Source of the DNA: a virus
Taxonomy: Duplodnaviria > Caudoviricetes
DNA length: 43,197 nucleotides
Virus record (IMG/VR): IMGVR_UViG_3300017779_005634
Location: 1-43,197 of that record
Direction: 5' to 3' (one strand)
Under the pieces are notes generated by a model. The model did not search any database and was not told the origin of the DNA. It saw only the letters and a list, made by a program, of their open reading frames with translations. Positions 1 to 8,008 of the stretch are shown piece by piece; the stretch's first letter is position 1, and every line of letters begins with the position of its first letter. The position numbers and the translations under genes were made by a program.

Positions 1-237
1 ACTGACAAGTTTGGAACTAAACCTGGTCAGTCCACAGAATATGCTGGTGCTGACGTTCAAGACTACTTGAACACAGACGATGTGGTTCTTCCAGACATCG
101 CCGAGACACAAGAAGACTTCTATACTCAAATGAGAACAGACGCAAGAACTCTTTCAGAAGATTGGAATAAAGATTTTAGAAATAAGCGCTCTGCTCTTTT
201 AAATGAACGTCTTATGAAGGCATGGAAATTAGGTTAA
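1..237 (+). CDS. 3' end of a hypothetical phage protein (5'-truncated), possibly head-associated
   Basis: Frame 1 is open from base 1 to TAA at 235-237 (TDKFGTKPGQ...LSEDWNKDFRNKRSALLNERLMKAWKLG*) and is followed by a terminator. Not in the ORF track. Confidence 0.8.
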   Translation, partial: TDKFGTKPGQSTEYAGADVQDYLNTDDVVLPDIAETQEDFYTQMRTDARTLSEDWNKDFRNKRSALLNERLMKAWKLG

Positions 238-259
238 AGTAAAATATAACTTTATAAAC

Positions 260-290
260 AACCCTCTGCTTCGGCAGGGGGTTTTTTGTT
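260..290 (+). terminator. Rho-independent terminator with C(UUCG)G tetraloop
   Basis: AACCCTCTGC-TTCG-GCAGGGGGTT gives a 10-bp stem (one G-U) followed by TTTTGTTT. UUCG loops are typical of T4-like terminators. Confidence 0.9.
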
Positions 291-299
291 TGTATCCAT

Positions 300-306
300 C
301 TATTTA
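300..306 (+). promoter_or_regulatory. Putative phage late promoter CTATTTA
   Basis: Motif recurs in intergenic gaps. Here it lies between the terminator and ATG 314, 7 nt upstream of the start. Confidence 0.6.
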
Positions 307-313
307 GTGTGTT

Positions 314-3300
314 ATGTCAAACTTTTTTAGTGATATTCAAATTCAATTAGGGCAAATTCGCAATAGTGTATTCGGGGTGTTTGATTATCAAACTGAGTTC
401 GGGGACTTATCAGCAAAAGTTACTTTAACTAGAAGTAATGGATACGGATACGGTGTGGATGACAAACAAATCATTGACCACAGGATATATTTTGAGTATG
501 AAAAAGACGACGGCACTTGGGACACTTTTAATAACTTTGACACTAATAGTAGTGAAGTTAGATACACAATAGCGCCTTGGCAAGTAGGTAACCTCGGTGG
601 GGGAGATTCTAAAGCATTTACACATAATTATCTGGGCAGCCGCATGGAACTAGGTAAATATCTAGGAGTACTTCGTAAAAGTAATACAATCTTAAGAGCA
701 AAAGTGAGAACCAGAAGCAAGCCCTTGAATTATAATCAATCTGACTTTAACTTTGCAAACGCCTCTTTGGGAAGCGTACCAATTCTATGGTCTGGTACGG
801 GTCTCAAAAGAGTAAGTAACGGTACCAACGGTGCGATGGCACTACACGGTAACACTCTAACGCCAGCGGCTACTGACCAACCTTTCAGTAGCAGTGGTAA
901 ATTCCGTGTTGCTAATATAGATAAGACCTACGGCGCTTTTAGAGATTTACAAGTTCAGTTTCATGTAATGGTTCCTAATAGTAGTACAACTTATAGCGAT
1001 GGTACTAATACCATGACTAACGGACCTGAAGCAAACCAAAGTGAAAATCTTCATGTTCAATATAAATTAGGTAATGGTAGTTGGGTGACTGGCATACTGA
1101 TTACACCGAATTTGTTGACTCCAAACGTGTTAACACCGCAGAAATTTAAAATACACCAGCACACTGAAAATCTTGAGACTGTACAAATTAGATTTATATC
1201 CAGAACCCAGAATACGTCTAGCGATGATGTTTACATAATTGATTCTGTAAAAGTTTATTCTACAACTGAAGATGCTGCTGACCAGACTGGTGGTAATATT
1301 AACTGGGATGATAGTTACCTTTATTCGGACGAGACTACGGCATCTGCGCTGTGGGCTTGGGACACAAGTTATACTGACATTTATTGGGAAAATGATATTA
1401 GCACTTTGCCAACCTGGGCTGCTGAGACCGCTGACACTGACCCTTACTTTGAATTATATAATGGAGAAATAAGACAAGCAAGAGTTGTACTCGGTGCCAA
1501 AGGTATATCACAACAATGGAGCAGTGGGGGAGCACTTGTAAACTTCTTTGAAATTGCAAGAGCAGCGAAATTTAAAATTAGAATTCAAAATTGGAATCCT
1601 GCTGGATTCCCTCCAGCAGTTGGACGCAAGTCTAAGACAGTGGAAGTTGACCAGGGATTTTTTCTGTCTGCGGATTATACTGGTTCAACATATGCTGATG
1701 GTAATTGGAAACAAAAGAATCAACAGCAAAGAGTAGAGTTAGACCTTTCTAGTGTTTTTAACATAAGTGATTTTTGGGAAACTCAACAGTTGTGGGCTAT
1801 TGTGGAGGCTTACGGGGTAGCAAGTAATGGTGAGCATTATCTTGTTGACTTCTATAATTTTTCAAGTCAAAACCAACCGTTTCATTTTAATCGGGACACT
1901 AATCAGTTACCTTATAGCGGATTGAGTTTTAAAAACCCAGGTATTGATTCTTACGATTTAAGTATTGGAAATGTTAGAATAAAAACAACAGATACTACAT
2001 CAAGAGCATATAAGTATAATGTAGGTGTATGGAATGGTGCTGGTTGGAAACTAGGCGGAATAACCACGAATGGTTGGACTGCTTCTGGACCTTTGGATGT
2101 TCTAACGACTGGAGAAAAAGTATTCTTTAGTGGGTTTAACGACGTAAGTCCAAGAAATCCTTATTCTTATTATGGCACAGCGGGTCAGCAAGGAACATCT
2201 GATACGGGACTGCGTGTCTATACTCGTGCATTAAAAGGTCCGAATCTTACTAACGATAAAATCGACGGAAATAATATTGTAAATATCATTCCAACTCTAA
2301 GAAGAGGTTGGGACTTTAATACTAATATTGCATATAATGGTATTCAATTGGACATGTCTCATGATAATAATAGCACCTGGACTCAGAACAGTCTTGTTAT
2401 TTATGCAGACCATTTGAGCGCCAGTGCCCATTGGTTTAAGATTTGGTTTACCACCAAACGAAACGGTGCTGTACTAAATACCGATATTTATAAAATACCT
2501 GGCACCTTTAGTACGTTTAATGGATTAACCTCGTTTAATGGTGTTTTCTATAGAGACCTTAACAGTGTTGTTCCCTCTGGAACACTTAATGCCAGAATCC
2601 CTAGTATTTACGATAATGCTGGATATCAAGTAAATGTTATTGTACAGGCACTTAATAACTTGGAACAAGTAATATCTAGCGCAGATAGTGGAGATATAGA
2701 AGTCAGCACCAACTTTGGTCGAGAAGCAGCAGACTTGTCAGTTGACTCTTCTATTATTGTTGAAGGAACTGGAAATACTGGTGCCAGATACGTTAAAGCA
2801 ACTTTCTCTAAAAACCCCACTACTGGTCGTGCTGCATTCTTTAGGATGGACTTATATAAAACAAGTATCACTGGGGCAAATCATTTAGGTACTTTTTTCA
2901 CGACAGGTACGAGCAGTAATTCAGCAGACATCGCCAGAACTGATTTTATTAAAGCAACAAGTTTTGCAAATTTTCAATCGTCGACCGACAGTTATGATAA
3001 AGTATATTTAACAGATTTGGCAGGCGTTGGTGCTTTTGGAGACAGTACAATTTGGGCAAGACTTAGACCTTTAGATGACGCAGGCACTAGTATGGACTAT
3101 CAGGACGAGTCTTATCCCTATACAGGATATAAGTTTATTTTCGGTCAGGGAACTGCCATATTTCAGGAAGGGCAACTTGAAGCAAGTTATCTTTTAAAAG
3201 TCGAGGTGCGGTCGTCAAGTGGTGACAAAACTAACGATGCTTATGATTATATTACGTTAACCGCTTCTGATTCTCTTGGAAACGAAATAGTATATACTTT

Positions 3301-6300
3301 ACCTAGCAATGGTAACAGTGCATGGTACGGCACAGGCACTAGTCAAGATTTTGTTAACGATGAAAATAATGCTGGTCTTGATATTGCAAGTTTATTAACC
3401 GATAGATATACATCAACTTCAGTTACGTGTAATCTTAAAGCATATGCTTATGGACTTGCTTCGCCTAATACAACTGCTACGCTAAAGTCTGAAATAAATA
3501 AGTCTATCACAGTCCCTGCTTGGACCTGGACCTTTGCGACACATTCTGTTACATTACCTGCGAATGACCCAAATCTTGGAAACAGGTTGGAATATACTAG
3601 ATTACTTGTAAAAGGAACTGCTTCGAATGATACCACCAATGTTGCTAAGAAGTTTAGACTTAGAGTTTGGAACGACACAAATACTCTTTATAGTGGTACT
3701 GCGGAATCAGGAAGAAAAGAGTTTATCTTACAAGGTTCTGAATTTACAACAGTAGAATTTTCAAGATACGTAGATTCTGTAAATGGTAACTTTTTGGATA
3801 TCTCAGATATCATTTCTGGGAATAGATGGCAATCTAATGATGTTGCTTGGGATTTAAACGCTCTCAGGGAAGACGAAACCACCACAGTCGGGAATGGTAA
3901 AGCGGGTATCCTAACAATACCTGCTCTAGATTGGGATTTACACGCTATAAATACTAGTGCAACTGTTCATAGTAGCACGTATAATGACAGAAGAATTAAA
4001 GTCACAGTTGCAAGGACCAATCTCACAGATGTTGTTCCTAAAATAAGAGTTCTTGTAAGAAGAGCAGAGACCGCTAGTGGCACAAGTCTCAGCGGTAGTT
4101 ATAACCATAGAATAATATTAACACCAACTAAACTGGATACGACGGGTGCAGTAGCATCGGACCTTACCGAAGATTTTTATTTTTATCTCTCTGATTTAAC
4201 AAATCGTTCTGGCAATCCTATTTCTATGATTAATATTTATGATACTGTTGAATACGATGTCCATATCCAAGGGGCATATATTGATAACGGCGGTGGAGTC
4301 GTTACATTTGGCGACGCCGCAGTAAAAGAAGTTACGTCAAGTGCTTCGTGGAGAATAAATACGAATACAACCACTGCAACATTAGCGACAAATACAGCAA
4401 ATTCCAAGTCGCTTGATTTAAATATCAGAGGTCTTGTTTCCTCTACTTCCACGCAAAATCCAGATGGTTTTAACATTACATTTACAAGAAGCGACACCAA
4501 TGCTCAATCTACCTCTTTTATTTCTTTCGGTAGTGCAAATGTAAATAATTCCACTCCTAATAATATTTCAATAGCGCAATTATATGATGATATTGCAACA
4601 GTTAATCATATTCTGACTTGTCAAATCGATGCGAAGGTGGGTTCGAGCATAGTACAGACTGTTTCAAAGGCAGTCGCAATGTCCGCAGAACCCAAGATAG
4701 AAATTCAATTTTCATCATTGGGCGGTCCACTTGTCGCACCAGGTGGTGGTGAACATATTGCAATTCAATTTAAACCCAAGATAACTGCTGGTTTTCTTTC
4801 TGCCGATGAAACTATCAATCTTTCATTTGTGTTAGATGGAAAAATTACGACGCTGACGTTGACTGGGGATGAATCAAATAATTGGCAATATATAACATTA
4901 CCTACAACAAAAAACGTAAATACAAATACTTCTACAGTTGACGGAACTTACCCTTTAACTCTTGGAGCAGATTATAGTATGAATCGAGGGCAATCTAATA
5001 ATTTAGTATCTGGTGATATCGAGAGTAAATCATATGATAAAATATATCACAGGTTTCCAAAAGTTCTAGATACTATGGCACACAATTTTGATGCCAATGG
5101 TGACGGTCAAATTGTATTTTCATTTGATAAAGTTGGTGGACTAGATGCCAATTATATAGACAATAACCCTGAGTGGGATTTTACTATTACCATAGAAGAA
5201 GAAGTAGTAGGTACCCTTGACTCTGCGATGTTAAATTTGACTAAGACCACTACTAGTACTGCCGCATTCTTTAACACAAACAGTATTCCTTTAGTTTCAA
5301 AAATTCCACTAGAAGCAAACTATTCTTCTAATATAACAATGATTCTTCAAGAAGATTTTAGTAACAACTTTTCCCTTCATCCGTCAGCGGGTCCGAATAA
5401 TTATGTTAATACTTTCAACAATAATAATTTAAATACATCTGCGCCAACGTTTGCTTACAGTTATTCTGGTTCTTCACGTACTTTTCAAATGAATAATGTT
5501 ACCATGAACGATATTGCGAATTATCCGAATACAACTGTTGTTCCATTTGATGTCGAATTTACTGATGTTCCAGGAACATATGCTCTTAGTGGAAAGAGAG
5601 TCTCCTTCAAAGTTCCTATAGATTTTGATAATTATTTTACAAATGCAGAACCTTACTTTTCTTTTGGTTTGAAGATATCGCATAAAGATACTTCTAATAT
5701 CGTTCGCACAACAAGTGGTTCTTATATACAATCCAGTGGTGATATAATTCCTGCAAATAGTGTAGATGATGCGAAGAAAGAAGAATTTAGACAGACTTCT
5801 AACTATAAGGTCAGAGATTTCACACAAGATGAAAATGGAGATTATTATTTTACGTTTGATTTAGATATAGATGATTCAGCAGTCGATTGGACCTTTACTC
5901 CAGTTATAAACCCTCAAAACCATGTAAATTATCAATTGCTTGTCTACGTTGAAGATTTATTATTTACATATGATGGAGATACCAAAGTTGACACTAGTGA
6001 CTCGGAAGCAGGTACTGAACTTGTCCCAAGTGCTACGCCGAGAGCGGTTTTCAACGATATATCTACCTGGGATATTATTGTCCCAATCACAAGTTCTGAT
6101 AACTTGTGGTCGAAAAATAATGCTCTGGAAGTTATATCTATTGCTTCTAATTTCTCTGCAAGTGCTGATGATTCTTCCACTCAGGTTAATTGGTCTTTTG
6201 ACTACGAACTTGAATCCGAAAACAGTAAACCCTATTCTAGGTCAAAAATTAAACCTAGCGTTAGATATGAATTGAAAAACAGTGGAGGCAGTTCATTTAA

Positions 6301-7660
6301 AGTTTCTTCTTCTAGCGGCAGTGAATCAACAGTCGCAAGCACTGTGAACTCTTCTTTCAATTTATTAACTTCACTTAACAACAATTCTTATGACCCGATG
6401 CAAGATTTGGAAATTATTATAAGACCTCAAACCCAGGTTAAATCTTATACTAGACGGACTAGTAACCTTGCTGGTTCCGTATATTCTCATGTAAATAGGG
6501 AAACAACCTTAAGTGTGAATTATAAAGATTTAATTATTCCATCATTTGATGAACTTGATGTTGATTCTTTTTTGAATCAAGACAAGGTTGTTGGAGATAC
6601 TAGTTTTGTAAACGAAATATTTTGGTTTTATAATAAAGAAGAGTTAAAAAACAGAACGCAAGTATTCGATTATTCTAAGGAAAAAATAAAGATTGTAAGA
6701 AAAGTCAGACAGGGCGGCGAGGTATTCGATATAAACCACAGTGAAGTTGTTGATATATACGGTCCTAACGTAACGAGAACGAGTCATTCTTCTGACTTAT
6801 GGAAAATATCTTGGACAGATGTTCTGAGTAATATTACTCCGTATACAGCAAACAACAGTGGTTTAGATTCAAGCAAACCATATTCATTTGAATATGAACT
6901 CACTCCTTGTTTTGCATATCATGAAGGTGCCAATCCAGCAGATGAGTCTATCATAGAAGTTACTGATAAAAAGATTTCCACGTTTCTTTTGCCAGATGAG
7001 TTTCCTATAGGAAATAATGGTGTCAAAGATTTGACATATAATCATAACAGTGAGCACTCAATTGAACTTTTATGGAAGCACGTTTATAATGAGGATGTAA
7101 ACACACTTAGAAGTATCGGTGCAAAAATCTATTTTGATATATATTGGTTTTTTGATGAAACGGATGAGCAGAAACAAAAGATTAATATTATGAGACCAAA
7201 AAATAAAAAATCAAAATTTTATAAAGAAAAGCAAGTAGATACTGATACTTGGAATCTTATAGATAGAATAGAATATTCTTATCCCAATGATGATACACTG
7301 GGGGAAGAGTATGATTTTTCTTATATATGGGATTATGACAAAATGGAAGATGATTATAAAACAAATATAGCAATCATCACAGTTATTGAGAGTGAAGTTG
7401 TTGGAAATGGGTTATCACAAACTGTGTCGTCCAGAGGTGCATCTAACACATTAATTTCCGTTGTTGACACAGATAGAAAAAACAGAAAAAGAAAAATGCT
7501 CGCTGAGAAAGATTTGACAAGAGAATCACTTCGGTCCATTAAGAGAGGCGTCGAATTTGACTTGACTCATATTCCCAACCTGGAGCAAGTACCAATTTCA
7601 GTTACAAGAAAGAAGGCAAAACCGAGAGGTAGCAATAAACCTTATAGTTCCTCCACATAA
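314..7660 (+). CDS. Giant putative virion structural protein (2448 aa), beta-rich, possibly a receptor-binding or tail appendage protein
   Basis: Single long ORF rich in S/T/N/G/D with alternating beta-strand patterns, a jelly-roll-like module near aa 215-315 and a basic C-terminal tail. Lies downstream of the putative late promoter. Function is inferred. Confidence 0.6.
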   Translation: MSNFFSDIQIQLGQIRNSVFGVFDYQTEFGDLSAKVTLTRSNGYGYGVDDKQIIDHRIYFEYEKDDGTWDTFNNFDTNSSEVRYTIAPWQVGNLGGGDSKAFTHNYLGSRMELGKYLGVLRKSNTILRAKVRTRSKPLNYNQSDFNFANASLGSVPILWSGTGLKRVSNGTNGAMALHGNTLTPAATDQPFSSSGKFRVANIDKTYGAFRDLQVQFHVMVPNSSTTYSDGTNTMTNGPEANQSENLHVQYKLGNGSWVTGILITPNLLTPNVLTPQKFKIHQHTENLETVQIRFISRTQNTSSDDVYIIDSVKVYSTTEDAADQTGGNINWDDSYLYSDETTASALWAWDTSYTDIYWENDISTLPTWAAETADTDPYFELYNGEIRQARVVLGAKGISQQWSSGGALVNFFEIARAAKFKIRIQNWNPAGFPPAVGRKSKTVEVDQGFFLSADYTGSTYADGNWKQKNQQQRVELDLSSVFNISDFWETQQLWAIVEAYGVASNGEHYLVDFYNFSSQNQPFHFNRDTNQLPYSGLSFKNPGIDSYDLSIGNVRIKTTDTTSRAYKYNVGVWNGAGWKLGGITTNGWTASGPLDVLTTGEKVFFSGFNDVSPRNPYSYYGTAGQQGTSDTGLRVYTRALKGPNLTNDKIDGNNIVNIIPTLRRGWDFNTNIAYNGIQLDMSHDNNSTWTQNSLVIYADHLSASAHWFKIWFTTKRNGAVLNTDIYKIPGTFSTFNGLTSFNGVFYRDLNSVVPSGTLNARIPSIYDNAGYQVNVIVQALNNLEQVISSADSGDIEVSTNFGREAADLSVDSSIIVEGTGNTGARYVKATFSKNPTTGRAAFFRMDLYKTSITGANHLGTFFTTGTSSNSADIARTDFIKATSFANFQSSTDSYDKVYLTDLAGVGAFGDSTIWARLRPLDDAGTSMDYQDESYPYTGYKFIFGQGTAIFQEGQLEASYLLKVEVRSSSGDKTNDAYDYITLTASDSLGNEIVYTLPSNGNSAWYGTGTSQDFVNDENNAGLDIASLLTDRYTSTSVTCNLKAYAYGLASPNTTATLKSEINKSITVPAWTWTFATHSVTLPANDPNLGNRLEYTRLLVKGTASNDTTNVAKKFRLRVWNDTNTLYSGTAESGRKEFILQGSEFTTVEFSRYVDSVNGNFLDISDIISGNRWQSNDVAWDLNALREDETTTVGNGKAGILTIPALDWDLHAINTSATVHSSTYNDRRIKVTVARTNLTDVVPKIRVLVRRAETASGTSLSGSYNHRIILTPTKLDTTGAVASDLTEDFYFYLSDLTNRSGNPISMINIYDTVEYDVHIQGAYIDNGGGVVTFGDAAVKEVTSSASWRINTNTTTATLATNTANSKSLDLNIRGLVSSTSTQNPDGFNITFTRSDTNAQSTSFISFGSANVNNSTPNNISIAQLYDDIATVNHILTCQIDAKVGSSIVQTVSKAVAMSAEPKIEIQFSSLGGPLVAPGGGEHIAIQFKPKITAGFLSADETINLSFVLDGKITTLTLTGDESNNWQYITLPTTKNVNTNTSTVDGTYPLTLGADYSMNRGQSNNLVSGDIESKSYDKIYHRFPKVLDTMAHNFDANGDGQIVFSFDKVGGLDANYIDNNPEWDFTITIEEEVVGTLDSAMLNLTKTTTSTAAFFNTNSIPLVSKIPLEANYSSNITMILQEDFSNNFSLHPSAGPNNYVNTFNNNNLNTSAPTFAYSYSGSSRTFQMNNVTMNDIANYPNTTVVPFDVEFTDVPGTYALSGKRVSFKVPIDFDNYFTNAEPYFSFGLKISHKDTSNIVRTTSGSYIQSSGDIIPANSVDDAKKEEFRQTSNYKVRDFTQDENGDYYFTFDLDIDDSAVDWTFTPVINPQNHVNYQLLVYVEDLLFTYDGDTKVDTSDSEAGTELVPSATPRAVFNDISTWDIIVPITSSDNLWSKNNALEVISIASNFSASADDSSTQVNWSFDYELESENSKPYSRSKIKPSVRYELKNSGGSSFKVSSSSGSESTVASTVNSSFNLLTSLNNNSYDPMQDLEIIIRPQTQVKSYTRRTSNLAGSVYSHVNRETTLSVNYKDLIIPSFDELDVDSFLNQDKVVGDTSFVNEIFWFYNKEELKNRTQVFDYSKEKIKIVRKVRQGGEVFDINHSEVVDIYGPNVTRTSHSSDLWKISWTDVLSNITPYTANNSGLDSSKPYSFEYELTPCFAYHEGANPADESIIEVTDKKISTFLLPDEFPIGNNGVKDLTYNHNSEHSIELLWKHVYNEDVNTLRSIGAKIYFDIYWFFDETDEQKQKINIMRPKNKKSKFYKEKQVDTDTWNLIDRIEYSYPNDDTLGEEYDFSYIWDYDKMEDDYKTNIAIITVIESEVVGNGLSQTVSSRGASNTLISVVDTDRKNRKRKMLAEKDLTRESLRSIKRGVEFDLTHIPNLEQVPISVTRKKAKPRGSNKPYSSST

Positions 7661-7687
7661 TTTATTCTCCCTTTATCCTCCTAAAGA

Positions 7688-7694
7688 CTAATTA
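7688..7694 (+). promoter_or_regulatory. Putative late promoter variant CTAATTA
   Basis: One-mismatch copy of the motif in the 7661-7738 gap, upstream of SD GGAGGA (7727-7732) and ATG 7739. Confidence 0.5.
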
Positions 7695-7738
7695 TAGTTG
7701 ATAATTTTCATTTTTTTACTTGACCTGGAGGAACGTTT

Positions 7739-8008
7739 ATGATAGATTTAAGAAGAATGACGAGGAAGTTTATTGTGAGCGAAGGCAAACAACAAGTTAA
7801 TTGGCAAGCACTCGTCCAATCCATTGACGAGGCACTAACCTCTATTCGAACTGGTTCACTCCGAGATAACAGAAGAGTTGAACTTGCAAAACATAATCTA
7901 AAAGAAATCAAAAGACATCTTAGAAAAGCAAATGAGAGAATAGAAACTCTCGAAGAGCAACTTCGTATTCTTGAAGAAAATAATAATATAGAGAAGAAGG
8001 AAAAGTAA
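7739..8008 (+). CDS. Small coiled-coil hypothetical protein
   Basis: Strong SD GGAGGA; heptad-like C-terminal half; stop codon directly abuts the next ATG. Confidence 0.8.
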   Translation: MIDLRRMTRKFIVSEGKQQVNWQALVQSIDEALTSIRTGSLRDNRRVELAKHNLKEIKRHLRKANERIETLEEQLRILEENNNIEKKEK

